DNA of 64,000 bases from an uncultured bacterium (GTDB lineage: Bacteria > Planctomycetota > UBA1135 > GCA-002686595). A program made the translations under genes and the position numbers. The stretch is from NCBI GenBank assembly GCA_943787795.1, contig CALSNU010000001.1:1-64000 (forward strand), written 5' to 3'. This document shows positions 20,230-29,863 of this stretch, in pieces. The stretch's first letter is position 1; every line of letters begins with the position of its first letter. The notes beneath the pieces are model-generated. The model saw nothing but the letters and a program-made list of their open reading frames with translations, had not been told where the DNA came from and searched no databases.

Positions 20230-21600
20230 GTGATCTCCCGACCTCGATCGGACCGGCAGGCCGCCGCGCCCCTGGTCCTTGCGCTCTCGCTCAGCGCCTG
20301 CGCGACCTACAACGACCGGGTAGAGGCCCCTGTCCGTGCCTTCGAGGCAGGTGACTTCATCGCCGCCGAGGCCATGTTCGTGGAGGGAGAGGCGATCGGC
20401 TCCCCGTTCCTCTCCGCCGCGGAGGCCGGAACATCAGCGTTCGTGGGAGGCGACTTCGAGGGAGCGCTCGACTACCTGCACGGCGCTGAGGATGCGGTCC
20501 GTGAGGTGGAGGAGCGAGCCGTGCTCGGCGGGGAGGCGCTCACGGAGGACCTGCTCTCGCTGGTGATCAACGAGGGGCAGAAGGCGTATGTGGGCGAGGG
20601 GTACGAGCGCGTGATGCTCCACTCGATGCTCGGGATGTGCTACCTGGCGCGCGGCGCGCCCGATGACGTCCTGGTGGAGGCTCGGCGGGTGGACCAGCTG
20701 TTGACTGCGGAGCAGCAGCTCTACGACACGGACTACCGTGCCGGCGGGCTCGGGCACCTGCTCTCGGCCATCGCTTACGAGCTCGTCGGGAAGCCCGGGG
20801 AGGCCTTTATCGACTACAAGCGCATGCTCGAGAAGGACGTGGGGGGAGAGCTGACGACCTCCGCCCTGCGGCGGCTTGGCGGAAGGCTCGGGCGCCTCGA
20901 TGAGCTCGACCTCCCCGAGGGAGGCGACGTTGTCCCGCGGGACTGGCCCAGCGTGGTGCTCGTTGGTGGACTGGGTATGGGACCCGTCAAGCGCGAGATC
21001 CGCATCGACGTCCCGATCGACGGCGGCGTCTTCGCCTGGGCCGTCCCCGATTTTGACGAAGGGACCTCTCCGGCCTCTGCGCTCGACGTCGTCCTCCCGG
21101 GGCGGTCCATGCGAGTCCGCGCGTCCGAGGTCGAGGATGTCGCCGCGGTGGCCGAACAGAACCTGAAGGACCGGATCGCCTGGCTCGCGGTTCGCTCGGC
21201 CGTGAGGGGGCTCCTGAAGCGCCAGGCGGCGGAGCAGCTCCGGAAGAACTCGGACACCGAGTGGCTCGCGCTCGCCATGGACGTCTTCACCATTGCCTCC
21301 GAGCGTGCCGACCTGCGCACCTGGCGGACCTTGCCCCAGCGATGGGTCGCCGCCCGCATCTTCCTGCCGCCGGGCGAGGAGGTGGCCCTCGAGCTCGCCA
21401 CCGATACTGGCGCCTCCGTGGAGCTCGGCTCCTTCCGTTTACAGCGTGAGGAGACCATGTTCATCCTCGCCCGAGCGCTGCAGAGCGGCATCACAGCCCA
21501 CGTCATCGGCGGAGAGAAGCTCCCAGCTTCACTGCCGGAGACTCCCCAAGCCTCCAACCCATCCCAACCCGCGTCGGACGCACCGGCGCCCAAGCCATGA
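20230..21600 (+). CDS. Lipoprotein, COG3014-like (commonly upstream of lpoB)
   Basis: LSLSAC lipobox, YVGEGYERVMLH, ERADLRTWRTLP; overlaps the lpoB start (ATGA). Confidence 0.8.
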   Translation: MISRPRSDRQAAAPLVLALSLSACATYNDRVEAPVRAFEAGDFIAAEAMFVEGEAIGSPFLSAAEAGTSAFVGGDFEGALDYLHGAEDAVREVEERAVLGGEALTEDLLSLVINEGQKAYVGEGYERVMLHSMLGMCYLARGAPDDVLVEARRVDQLLTAEQQLYDTDYRAGGLGHLLSAIAYELVGKPGEAFIDYKRMLEKDVGGELTTSALRRLGGRLGRLDELDLPEGGDVVPRDWPSVVLVGGLGMGPVKREIRIDVPIDGGVFAWAVPDFDEGTSPASALDVVLPGRSMRVRASEVEDVAAVAEQNLKDRIAWLAVRSAVRGLLKRQAAEQLRKNSDTEWLALAMDVFTIASERADLRTWRTLPQRWVAARIFLPPGEEVALELATDTGASVELGSFRLQREETMFILARALQSGITAHVIGGEKLPASLPETPQASNPSQPASDAPAPKP

Positions 21601-22247
21601 AACTCACCACCACGGCGCTGCTCGCGGCGCTCCTCGCCTCCTCGTTCCAGGCCACCGGCTGCAGCTCGATCCGGTACGGCGACGCTGACAAGACGGAGAC
21701 CACGACCATCGACTGGGGCTCCAAGGACCTCCAACAGTTCGCCGACTTCATGGTCGGTTCGCTGATCGAGAGCCCCGGCCTGAACTACATGGACGGCGAG
21801 GGGAAGGGCGCAGACAAGCGCATCATCGTCGCCTTCGGTGGCATCGCCAACGAGACCAGCGAGCACATCAACACCGAGATGATCTCTCGACGGATCCAGG
21901 ACCAGCTTCTGGAGAGCGGCAAGTTCCGCTTCGTTGCGCGCAAGGAGGCCGCTGGCCAGAACGAGATCGAGGACGAGGTCCGCTTCCAGCAGGGATCGGG
22001 CCGGGTCAAGCCGGAGATGGCGAAGGCCTTCGGGCAGCAGCTTGGGGCCGATATCGTGCTCTACGGCGCCCTCGCCGATATCTCCAAGAGCACCGGCCGC
22101 TCGGTTGAGAGCGTCGGGACGAAGAAGAAGGACGTCTACTACCAGTTCTACATGTCCGCCGTGAACATCACGACGGGTGAGATCCTCTGGGGAAAGACCG
22201 AGGACATCCGCAAGGAGGCCACCGTCGGGCTCTTCGGACGGGGCTGA
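21597..22247 (+). CDS. lpoB: LpoB-like penicillin-binding-protein activator lipoprotein
   Basis: Lipobox ATGC, WGSKDLQ, IANETSEHINT, SGKFRFV, GQQLGAD, TGEILW. Confidence 0.8.
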   Translation: MKLTTTALLAALLASSFQATGCSSIRYGDADKTETTTIDWGSKDLQQFADFMVGSLIESPGLNYMDGEGKGADKRIIVAFGGIANETSEHINTEMISRRIQDQLLESGKFRFVARKEAAGQNEIEDEVRFQQGSGRVKPEMAKAFGQQLGADIVLYGALADISKSTGRSVESVGTKKKDVYYQFYMSAVNITTGEILWGKTEDIRKEATVGLFGRG

Positions 22248-22395
22248 GCCAGAATTATCCGGTTCCTGCGTTCGCGCGATCCGCAGCGTCGGCTGGTCCC
22301 CCCTAGCGGGACGTTGGAGAGCGCCTCGTTGGTAGGAGTTGAGAGAGAGAATTCGTATCGAGGTCCCAAGCGTCCTCGTCTCGAAATCGGAGTCG

Positions 22396-22436
22396 CCGGC
22401 TTCCGTGGTCTTATCCCGGAAGCCGGTCTTTTTCTT
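22396..22436 (+). terminator. Intrinsic terminator
   Basis: CCGGCTTCCG / CGGAAGCCGG 10-bp stem followed by TCTTTTTCTT. Confidence 0.8.
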
Positions 22437-22555
22437 GTCCTGGGTTCCTGCCGGGACCGTGACGCTCCCCTACCGCTCTCGTGGCCCGGACCGCCCTTGC
22501 CTCCGGACGACTGCAGGGCCCGGATCACTGCGGGGCCAAGAGCACTGAGGCGCCA

Positions 22556-22606
22556 AGACCACTGCGCCGTGGAGACCACTGCGCCGTCGAGACCACTGCG
22601 CCGTCT
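22556..22606. repeat. 17-bp tandem repeat AGACCACTGCGCCGTNN x3
   Basis: Units start at 22556, 22573 and 22590. Confidence 0.85.
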
Positions 22607-22760
22607 GTGGCCACTGTGGGATCCCCGGCGGGGCGGTTCGCCTCGGTCGGTGATCGGTCGGACAGAAACTTCTGATTTGTGGTTCGGTCGGAGCCCGTAG
22701 GCGGCTCTTCGAGGCACAGCTAAGAGCTGTGCTGGGGATCCTGACTCTCACGAGTCAATT

Positions 22761-22788
22761 AGGCCCGCCGGAGCCCTCCGGCGGGCCT
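22761..22788. terminator. 12-bp perfect hairpin, possible terminator
   Basis: AGGCCCGCCGGA-GCCC-TCCGGCGGGCCT downstream of the convergent RimJ-like gene. Confidence 0.55.
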
Positions 22789-22856
22789 TCTCCGTGTCGA
22801 GGCGGCGGGTGGCCTGGAGGGCAGGGGCCTGGAGGGCAGCGGCCCGGCGGGAGCTG

Positions 22857-23600
22857 CTAGGTGGTCGACCGAAGTGAGCGAGTCGCGCCCCCGGCTTGGC
22901 TCGTGCCCGCCTCGCTGAGTGGCTCTTCTCCGGGTCTTTGGGCTTGCTCGTCCGCGGTCCTCAGGGCACCGGGGGTGGGACGGATCAGCGCCGTCAGGAC
23001 ATGATCTCGCCACGCGCCGTCGATAAAGAGGTAGTCCCGCGCGAAGCCCTCTTTCTCGAAGCCCAGCCGCTGGAGGACGGCCTCGCTGCGCTCATTCTCG
23101 GGGCGGTAGGCTGCCATGACCCGGTGGAGTTGGAGCTCCTCGAAGGCGTACCGGAAGATCCGGTCGAGAGCCTCGCGCATGAGGCCCTGGCCCACCATCT
23201 CTTCATCCAGGCTGTAGCCGACGACGGCGGATTGGAACGCGCCTCGGACGATCTGGCTGAGGTTGGCGACGCCGATGATCCGCTCGGCGCCGAGGGCACC
23301 AGGGGGGGCGCCGGGGGGGGCACTGTGGGGGGCACGGTGGGGGGCACTGTGGGGGGCACCCGATTGTCGTAGCCGAAGGACCGTGCGCACGCTCTGCCCG
23401 GCGTGGAACTCATCGAGAGCCGCCCTGAGCTGCCGGACCCAGAATGAGCGGCTGTGGTAGTCCAGGGGCCGCGCCGGCTCCCATGGCCCGAGGTGAGCCC
23501 GGTTCCGGCGACAATAGTCGGCCATCTGGTCCGCCGCCGAGACTCCGGGGACCTCGACCACCAAGCGTTCGGTCAGCAATTGCAGCACGCGTCGTGTCAC
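22857..23600 (-). CDS. RimJ/RimL-family N-acetyltransferase with an internal 12-bp repeat insertion
   Basis: NRAHLGPWEP, RGAFQSAVVGYSLD, LHRVMAAYRPENERS, EGFARDYLFIDGAWRDHVLTAL; APHS/APPG x5 insert. Confidence 0.88.
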   Translation of the reverse strand: MTRRVLQLLTERLVVEVPGVSAADQMADYCRRNRAHLGPWEPARPLDYHSRSFWVRQLRAALDEFHAGQSVRTVLRLRQSGAPHSAPHRAPHSAPPGAPPGALGAERIIGVANLSQIVRGAFQSAVVGYSLDEEMVGQGLMREALDRIFRYAFEELQLHRVMAAYRPENERSEAVLQRLGFEKEGFARDYLFIDGAWRDHVLTALIRPTPGALRTADEQAQRPGEEPLSEAGTSQAGGATRSLRSTT

Positions 23601-23730
23601 TCCGCTAACGTACTTTGATGCGCACCGAGGCGCAGTTCATTCATGCCTCTCGGCGGCCCGCTCGGCGAATCCGAGACATCTTCGCGGTCCGTCCGTGGTC
23701 CCTGGCGGGGTCATGGCCCCCCTCAACATC

Positions 23731-24705
23731 ATGTCCCTCACCCTGGTCACTGGCGGCGCCGGCTTCATCGGCTCCCATCTTGTGGACGCGCTCGTCGCTC
23801 GTGGGGGACAGGTTCGCGTGCTGGACAACCTCTCCAGCGGCAAGCTCAAGAACCTCGAGGCCCATGACCCTGGGCCGCTGGGATCCGGCGCCCAGGTCGA
23901 ATTCATCGAGGGCGACATCGTCGACCCCGCCGCCTGCGCGAGGGCCATGGGGGGCGTGAGCAACGTGCTCCATGAGGCGGCTCAGGTCTCCGTGCCCGCC
24001 AGCATCGAGGACCCGCTGCGGAGCTACGCGGTCAATGTTCAGGGGACCCAGCAGCTCCTGGAGGCGGCGCGGAACCAGGGCGCTGGGCGATTCGTGATGG
24101 CGGCGTCGTCGGCTGCCTACGGCGAGTCCCCCGAGCTCCCCAAGCACGAGAATATGGTGCCAGCACCCCTGTCGCCGTACGCCTCAGGCAAGGTCGCCGG
24201 GGAGCACCTGCTGCGCGTCTACGGCACCTGCTACGGGATCAAGACGGTGGCGCTGCGCTACTTCAATGTCTTCGGTCCACGTCAGGCAGACGACAGCCCC
24301 TACACCGGGGTCATCGCGATCTTCGTCAGGGAGCTGCTCCAGGGGCGGACGCCGACCATCTTCGGGGACGGCGGGCAGACGCGCGACTTCACCTTCGTGG
24401 ACAACGTGGTGGCTGCGAACCTTGCGGCCCTCGAGTGCGAGGCGGAGCCGGGCGCGGTGGTCAACGTGGGGGGCGCCGAGCGGGTGTCGCTCAACGACCT
24501 CTATGGGGTCATCGCCAAGGAGCTGGGGGGGCCGCCCGAGCCGGCCCGTGGCCCGGAGCGCGCGGGCGATATCAGGCACAGCCTGGCGTCGATCGACAGG
24601 GCGCGGGAGCTGCTCGGATTCGAGCCCTCGGTCCGGTGGCAGGACGGCCTGCGGCGGACGCTGGACTGGTATCGGGACGCTGCCGACGCCGAGCGATCCA
24701 GCTGA
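23731..24705 (+). CDS. NAD-dependent epimerase/dehydratase (UDP-glucose/UDP-GlcNAc 4-epimerase-like)
   Basis: TGGAGFIGSH, YASGK, LRYFNVFGPRQ, GDGGQTRDF. Confidence 0.92.
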   Translation: MSLTLVTGGAGFIGSHLVDALVARGGQVRVLDNLSSGKLKNLEAHDPGPLGSGAQVEFIEGDIVDPAACARAMGGVSNVLHEAAQVSVPASIEDPLRSYAVNVQGTQQLLEAARNQGAGRFVMAASSAAYGESPELPKHENMVPAPLSPYASGKVAGEHLLRVYGTCYGIKTVALRYFNVFGPRQADDSPYTGVIAIFVRELLQGRTPTIFGDGGQTRDFTFVDNVVAANLAALECEAEPGAVVNVGGAERVSLNDLYGVIAKELGGPPEPARGPERAGDIRHSLASIDRARELLGFEPSVRWQDGLRRTLDWYRDAADAERSS

Positions 24706-24896
24706 GTGGTCGGGGGCGTCGGCTCTCGACCCGGGACTCAGCCGAGTCTCCCCCGATCTGTTTGCCCGCTCCGAGGGGCCCCGGTACCCTTTTTGCGCAT
24801 AAAGGGCCCTCGGCTGCGCCAGAGGGCCCTCTCGGCTGGGGGGTGCGCTATTTTGCCCCAGCCTCACCCCATCACTGCCGTCACGAAATCGAACCC

Positions 24897-26555
24897 ATGG
24901 GCCTCCAAGACGACCTCCAAGCTCAGTTCGGTCTGACCGACTGCTCGTATCGAGCCAACCTCTCCAAGGACGAGCTCTTTCACGCGGCGATCGAGAACGA
25001 CCGAGGCCGGATCCGAGCGGGCGGCCCCGATGATGAGCCGAAGGCCTACGCCAGCAAGCTGGGCGTCGACGGCCCGCTGTTCTTCTACAGCGACCCGAGC
25101 TGCACGGGCCGACCGGTCAAGGACACCTTCGCCGTGGCCCACCCCAGCCTCGACGAGAAGATCTGGTGGAAGAACGACCTGCAGAAGTTCGACCCCGCGA
25201 ACTTCGACGCGCTGCTGGGCCGCGTCGCGGAGCACCTGAACGCGAGGCGTTCCACGCTCTTCGTGAAGGACGTCTATTGCGGGACCGACCCGAGCTACGC
25301 CGTGCCGTATCGCTTCGTCGGTGAGTACGCCACGCACGCGATGTTCGTGCACAACATGTTCCCCAAGGGGATTGAGGGCGTCGAGGGCGAGGACGGCAAG
25401 CGCTGGACGCTCCTGAACGTCCCCAGCTTCCGCGCTGACCCCGCCATCGACGGGACCCTCAGCAAGCGCGCCGTCATCGCCGACTTCGAGCGCCGCATCA
25501 TGCTGGTCGTGGGCCGCGCGGACTATTGCGGCGTGAACAAGAAGGGGATGTTCACGGTCATGAACTACCTCCTGCCCGAGCTCGGGCACATGTCCATGCA
25601 CTGCTCTGCCAACATCGGCGCCGGCGGTGACGGGGCGATCCTCTTCGGGCTCTCGGGCACCGGCAAGACCACCCTCTCCGCGGACCCGGACCGCAAGCTC
25701 ATCGGCGACGACGAGCACGCCTGGACGGACGCGGGCGTGTCGAACCTCGAGGATGGCTGCTACGCCAAGCTCATCGACCTCGACAAGGACGCTGAGCCGA
25801 TCATCGCGGCGGCCCTCAGCACGCGCGGGACGGTGGTGGAGAACGTGCCGGCGCTGCCGGGCAAGGCGCTCGCCGACACCGACCCCCAGGACCTGGACCT
25901 CACGGACGGCTCGATCACGGAGAACACCCGGATCAGCTACCCGCTGGACGCCAACCCCAACGTCGCAGAGGGCGGCCGCGGCGGCCACCCCGAGACCATC
26001 GTGCTGCTCACCGCGGACGCCTTCGGCGTGCTCCCGCCGGTCTCGATTCTCGACGCGCGAGAGGTCATGTACCACTTCGTCCAGGGCTTCACGGCGAAGC
26101 TCGCGGGCACCGAGGTGGGGGTCACGGAGCCCACGGCGGCCTTCTCGGCCTGCTTCGGCGCACCCTTCATGCCCCACCGCCCGCCGGTGTACGCGAAGAA
26201 GCTCTCCGAGAAGATGGCGCAGCACGAGACGCGCTGCGTGCTCCTGAACACCGGTTGGACCGGCGGCGCCTACGGCGAGGGGAAGCGGATCTCCATCAAG
26301 GACACCCGCGCCCTGCTGAACGCAGCGCTCGCGGGCGACCTCCACGCCGAGGGGATGGAGTACGACGAGCACCCCATCTTCGGGCTCAAGATGCCCAAGA
26401 GCTGCCCTGGCGTGGACTCGGAGATCCTCGACCCGCGGAAGTGCTGGTCCGATAAGGCCGCGTACGACGCCGCTGCGAACAAGCTCGCGACCATGTTCCG
26501 GGAGAACTTCGAGAAGAAGGGCTTCGCGGACCTCGGGATCGAGGCCGCCATTTGA
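24897..26555 (+). CDS. pckA: Phosphoenolpyruvate carboxykinase (ATP)
   Basis: SMHCSAN, FGLSGTGKTTLSAD, LIGDDEH, GCYAK, TENTR, DAFGVLPP, FSACFGAPF, NTGWTGG. Confidence 0.96.
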   Translation: MGLQDDLQAQFGLTDCSYRANLSKDELFHAAIENDRGRIRAGGPDDEPKAYASKLGVDGPLFFYSDPSCTGRPVKDTFAVAHPSLDEKIWWKNDLQKFDPANFDALLGRVAEHLNARRSTLFVKDVYCGTDPSYAVPYRFVGEYATHAMFVHNMFPKGIEGVEGEDGKRWTLLNVPSFRADPAIDGTLSKRAVIADFERRIMLVVGRADYCGVNKKGMFTVMNYLLPELGHMSMHCSANIGAGGDGAILFGLSGTGKTTLSADPDRKLIGDDEHAWTDAGVSNLEDGCYAKLIDLDKDAEPIIAAALSTRGTVVENVPALPGKALADTDPQDLDLTDGSITENTRISYPLDANPNVAEGGRGGHPETIVLLTADAFGVLPPVSILDAREVMYHFVQGFTAKLAGTEVGVTEPTAAFSACFGAPFMPHRPPVYAKKLSEKMAQHETRCVLLNTGWTGGAYGEGKRISIKDTRALLNAALAGDLHAEGMEYDEHPIFGLKMPKSCPGVDSEILDPRKCWSDKAAYDAAANKLATMFRENFEKKGFADLGIEAAI

Positions 26556-26580
26556 GGGCCCTCGGGCTTACGCTTTGCGT

Positions 26581-26976
26581 ATGACTGACTCCATCGAAGA
26601 GCGCCGGCAGGCGCCCTACCTCGAGGGACTCGCGCTCTTCGGCGAGGACCGGCACGAAGAGGCCATCCTGAAGTACGAGGAGTCCCTCGCGGTGGACCCG
26701 ACGTGGACCGAGTCCATGCACGGCAAGGCCATGGCCCTGATGCAGCTCGAGCGCTACGACGAGGCCATCGAGCTCGGGCTGCGGATCGTCGAGCTCGACC
26801 CGAACGACGCCTTCGCGCACACCTCCCTCTCGATCTTCTACCAGCGCAAGGGGCTGATCGATGAGGCGGAAGAGGAGGGGGCGAAGGCCCGCATGATCTC
26901 CTGGAAGGAGGAGCTCAAGTCCAACCCGGACGCGCGCCCGCCGGGGCCAGCCGGAAACCTCGACGTCTTCCAGTAG
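26581..26976 (+). CDS. Small TPR-repeat protein
   Basis: TPR patterns (EAILKYEESLAVDP; YDEAI...LDPNDAFAHTSLS). Confidence 0.85.
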   Translation: MTDSIEERRQAPYLEGLALFGEDRHEEAILKYEESLAVDPTWTESMHGKAMALMQLERYDEAIELGLRIVELDPNDAFAHTSLSIFYQRKGLIDEAEEEGAKARMISWKEELKSNPDARPPGPAGNLDVFQ

Positions 26977-26991
26977 GTCGGGAGCCAGCGG

Positions 26992-27033
26992 CGGGGCGGT
27001 GAGCCGCGGACCCACCGCGGGCCCTCCGCCCCG
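26992..27033. terminator. Imperfect hairpin between convergent genes
   Basis: CGGGGCGG...CCGCGG-ACCCA-CCGCGG...CCGCCCCG. Confidence 0.35.
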
Positions 27034-27054
27034 AGCCGTCCGGTCGTCCCGGAC

Positions 27055-27381
27055 TCAGTCGTCGCTGTCGTCCCCGTCCTCGGAGTCCATCCCGAGGGCC
27101 TTGCGCCCCTCGTCGGAGATGAGGTGCGGGGTCCACGCGGGCTCGAAGACGATCTCGATGTCCGTCTCGTCGATGCCGTCCAGGCTGTTGCAGCGGCGAC
27201 GCATCACGTCCGGGATCGTGCGCGCCTCGGGGCAAGACTGGGAGGTGAGGGTCATGGTGATGAGGACCTTGGGGTCCTCGACCTTGACGTCGTAGATCAG
27301 CCCGAGGTCGACGATGTTGACGGGGATCTCGGGATCGAAGACCTGCTTGAGCTGGTCGTAGACTTCTTCGGTGGTGGGCAT
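27055..27381 (-). CDS. Metal-sulfur cluster assembly factor (DUF59/SufT/PaaD-like)
   Basis: VFDPEIPVNIVDLGLIY, MTLTSQSCP, VFEPAWTP. Confidence 0.92.
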   Translation of the reverse strand: MPTTEEVYDQLKQVFDPEIPVNIVDLGLIYDVKVEDPKVLITMTLTSQSCPEARTIPDVMRRRCNSLDGIDETDIEIVFEPAWTPHLISDEGRKALGMDSEDGDDSDD

Positions 27382-27589
27382 GGGGGGGCTCCTGGGGGGG
27401 GATTCTGAGCACAGGGAATAAGCCCGCCGCGGCGCGCCGTCCAGCCGCGAACGCAGAACTCGCGACCCGGACGGGGGAGCGAGGGCCTCACCTCGGGATC
27501 GTGTCCTGCTCCGCGGTGGGGAACTGCAGCCTCTGGCCCAATTCACCGGGGGGGTTTGGCTCAGTGGGGGGAGTGGGGGATAATCAGGC

Positions 27590-28540
27590 ATGTCGGAAGG
27601 GAGCGGAGTGCAGCCGGTGGCCTTTGAGCCCGTCTACAAGGAGCGCGTCTGGGGCGGGCGCGTCCTCGAGACGGACCTTCAGCGCCAGCTCCCGGACGCG
27701 GAGATGCCCTTCGGGGAGGCCTGGGACGTGGTCGACCGCCCCGACGATCGGGGGCGCGTCGCAACCGGGGCCCACGCGGGGCGGACCCTCCACGAGCTCT
27801 GGATCGAGCAACGCGAGGAGCTCTTCGGGGCTGGCCTGGAGCATGCCGGGCCGGACTTCCCGCTCCTCCTCAAGATCCTGGACGCGCGGCGCCACCTCTC
27901 GGTTCAGGTGCACCCGCCGGCGTCGGCCGTCGCTGAGCTCGGCGGTGAGGCCAAGACCGAGATGTGGTACGTGCTCGCCGCGGACCCTGGTGCGAAGCTC
28001 TTCGTCGGGGTCAAGGAGGGCGTGAACCGCGAGGTCTTCGAGAGGGCGGTCGCGGAGGGTCGCACCGAGGAGACGCTCCACGTACTGGAGCCGAAGGCGG
28101 GGGAGTTCCTCTTCATTCCGAGCGGCCGGCTTCACGCGATCGGCGCGGGGTTGCTGCTCTTCGAGATGCAGCAGAACAGCGACACGGTCTACCGCGTCTT
28201 CGACTGGAACCGCTTGGGCCTCAGCGGGGCCCCGCGTGAGCTCCACACGGACCAGGCCCTCCGGTGTATCGACTTCGACGATGTGGAGCCATCCATGGGC
28301 GAGGCGCAGGGCGAGCGACTCGTGAGCTGCGAGCACTTTCGGGTCGAGCGCTGGGAGATCGAGCCAGGCACAGCCCGCGGCGGCGGCGAGGCTCGCTTTG
28401 CGCTCTACACCGTGGTGGAGGGTGCCGTGGACTGCGGCCAGTCCACCTTCGGGCCAGGCCGCTCCTTCCTGCTCCCCGTGGGCGGCGTCTCGCTCGAGGC
28501 CCCCGCCAGATCGGTGGTCCTCCGGACCACGCTCGCCTGA
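27590..28540 (+). CDS. manA: Mannose-6-phosphate isomerase, class I
   Basis: VWGG, GEAW, FPLLLKILDA..LSVQVHP, KTEMWY, HAIGAG, QQNSDTVYRVFDWNR. Confidence 0.92.
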   Translation: MSEGSGVQPVAFEPVYKERVWGGRVLETDLQRQLPDAEMPFGEAWDVVDRPDDRGRVATGAHAGRTLHELWIEQREELFGAGLEHAGPDFPLLLKILDARRHLSVQVHPPASAVAELGGEAKTEMWYVLAADPGAKLFVGVKEGVNREVFERAVAEGRTEETLHVLEPKAGEFLFIPSGRLHAIGAGLLLFEMQQNSDTVYRVFDWNRLGLSGAPRELHTDQALRCIDFDDVEPSMGEAQGERLVSCEHFRVERWEIEPGTARGGGEARFALYTVVEGAVDCGQSTFGPGRSFLLPVGGVSLEAPARSVVLRTTLA

Positions 28541-28624
28541 GCGGGGGTTCCGCGGGCAAGGCGCGCAAGGTCCGCGCCAATCTGACCACCCGGCGCGCCC
28601 GAAGAGCGGCTCGGACCGCGCCGA

Positions 28625-28960
28625 TCAGGCCTGGTTGCGCTGGCAGCGAGCGAGGTCGAGCGCCTCGGGCGAGGTCGGTTCGGACCACGGTGGCCGGGGC
28701 TTGGAGTCGGGCTTGTAGCCAGGCTTGGAGCCAGGCTTCTGGCCGGGCCAGAAGACCAGTCGCAACCGCTTCGCGGCGACCCATCCGAGCGCCGCTGCGA
28801 GCAGCGCGAAGGCCACGACAAGGGACCAGGAGACGAGGGGCCTGTGCTGAGACTCGCCCGCCCAGGTGACAAGGCCCCCCACGACGCCGAGTCCGCCGAA
28901 GACAAAGCTGCCGAACGCGAGGAGCTCCGCCCAAATCAGCTGAATGATCCGCTGCTGCAT
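28625..28960 (-). CDS. Small two-TM membrane protein with KPxx repeat tail
   Basis: MQQRIIQLIWAELL start, two hydrophobic segments, 12-bp repeats encoding KPGSKPGYKPDSKP. Confidence 0.6.
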   Translation of the reverse strand: MQQRIIQLIWAELLAFGSFVFGGLGVVGGLVTWAGESQHRPLVSWSLVVAFALLAAALGWVAAKRLRLVFWPGQKPGSKPGYKPDSKPRPPWSEPTSPEALDLARCQRNQA

Positions 28961-29359
28961 GGGCGAGGTATCGGATCTTGCCGGGCAGCACCTGTAATCC
29001 CCTGGGGCGGAACCGGCGCTCGCGGCCGGCCTCAGCGCGCGGGGCTCCGACTCGGTGGGAGGAGCCGATCCTCGTCGTGGACGCCGGGTCCGCAGTGCCT
29101 CCACTTCAGGATGTGGATCCCGAGGCGGCCGTCGGCGACGCCGTCGATCTCCCCCATGGCAGGCCTGACGTCATCTCGCCTCAGCGTGCCGTGCCCGTCG
29201 GGCTTGGCCGTGACGCTGGTGAGGGACCGAGCCGTGAAGCCCAGGCCCTGTTCGAGCTCGGTGACGCGCTCGGTTCTTCCACCGCGAGTGATCGACGGGG
29301 CTTGGCAGGGGCGATTCGCGCGGCAGCCGCGCTGGCTTGCGGGGCTGCAGGGTCTGGGG

Positions 29360-29749
29360 TCACGCGTACGGCGTGAAGCCGGCCTTGCCGAGCTGGTCGA
29401 GCGCCTCGTCGAGCCGATCTCCGGGGACGAGGACGTAGTCGGTGTCAAAGGTCGAGAGGGCGAAGACGCTGATCCCCGCCTCCGCGAGGGTGGCGGTGAT
29501 CTGGGCGAGGAGTCCGACGATGGTGAAGTCCAGGGGCCCCTCGACCTCGAGCGCTCCCCAGTCGCCGCTGACCTCGCCCCACGCGGCCCGCTCGGGGCGC
29601 TGTCGACAGACGATGCTGAGCTCCGCCTCGGTCCGCCCGATCCAGACCATGGGTTCGTCCGCGAGACCCTCGGGAAGCGGGTCGTTGGGGGGCAGGCGGT
29701 GGATACTCCACGCGCCGTTGAGGCGGCGGATGCGGGGTCGACGGTCCAT
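29360..29749 (-). CDS. ACT-domain protein (ACT_7/CASTOR-like)
   Basis: RTEAELSIVC, GPLDFTIVGLLA, LAEAGISVFALSTFDTDYVLV. Confidence 0.9.
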   Translation of the reverse strand: MDRRPRIRRLNGAWSIHRLPPNDPLPEGLADEPMVWIGRTEAELSIVCRQRPERAAWGEVSGDWGALEVEGPLDFTIVGLLAQITATLAEAGISVFALSTFDTDYVLVPGDRLDEALDQLGKAGFTPYA

Positions 29750-29863
29750 GTTCAGGGCTCCTCTCCGCCCAGAGGCCCCGCATGGAGAGGCCGCGGGAGG
29801 AGGCGTCGCGCCGCAGCGAGGCAGGGTCAGGACCCCACCTCGCTGCGGCGATTCCGGGCTAGC

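Noticed and set aside
22619..22741. tRNA, SRP RNA, RNase P RNA or tmRNA
   Set aside because: No canonical T-arm or cloverleaf, SRP GGAA loop motif or GAGGAAAGTCC was seen.
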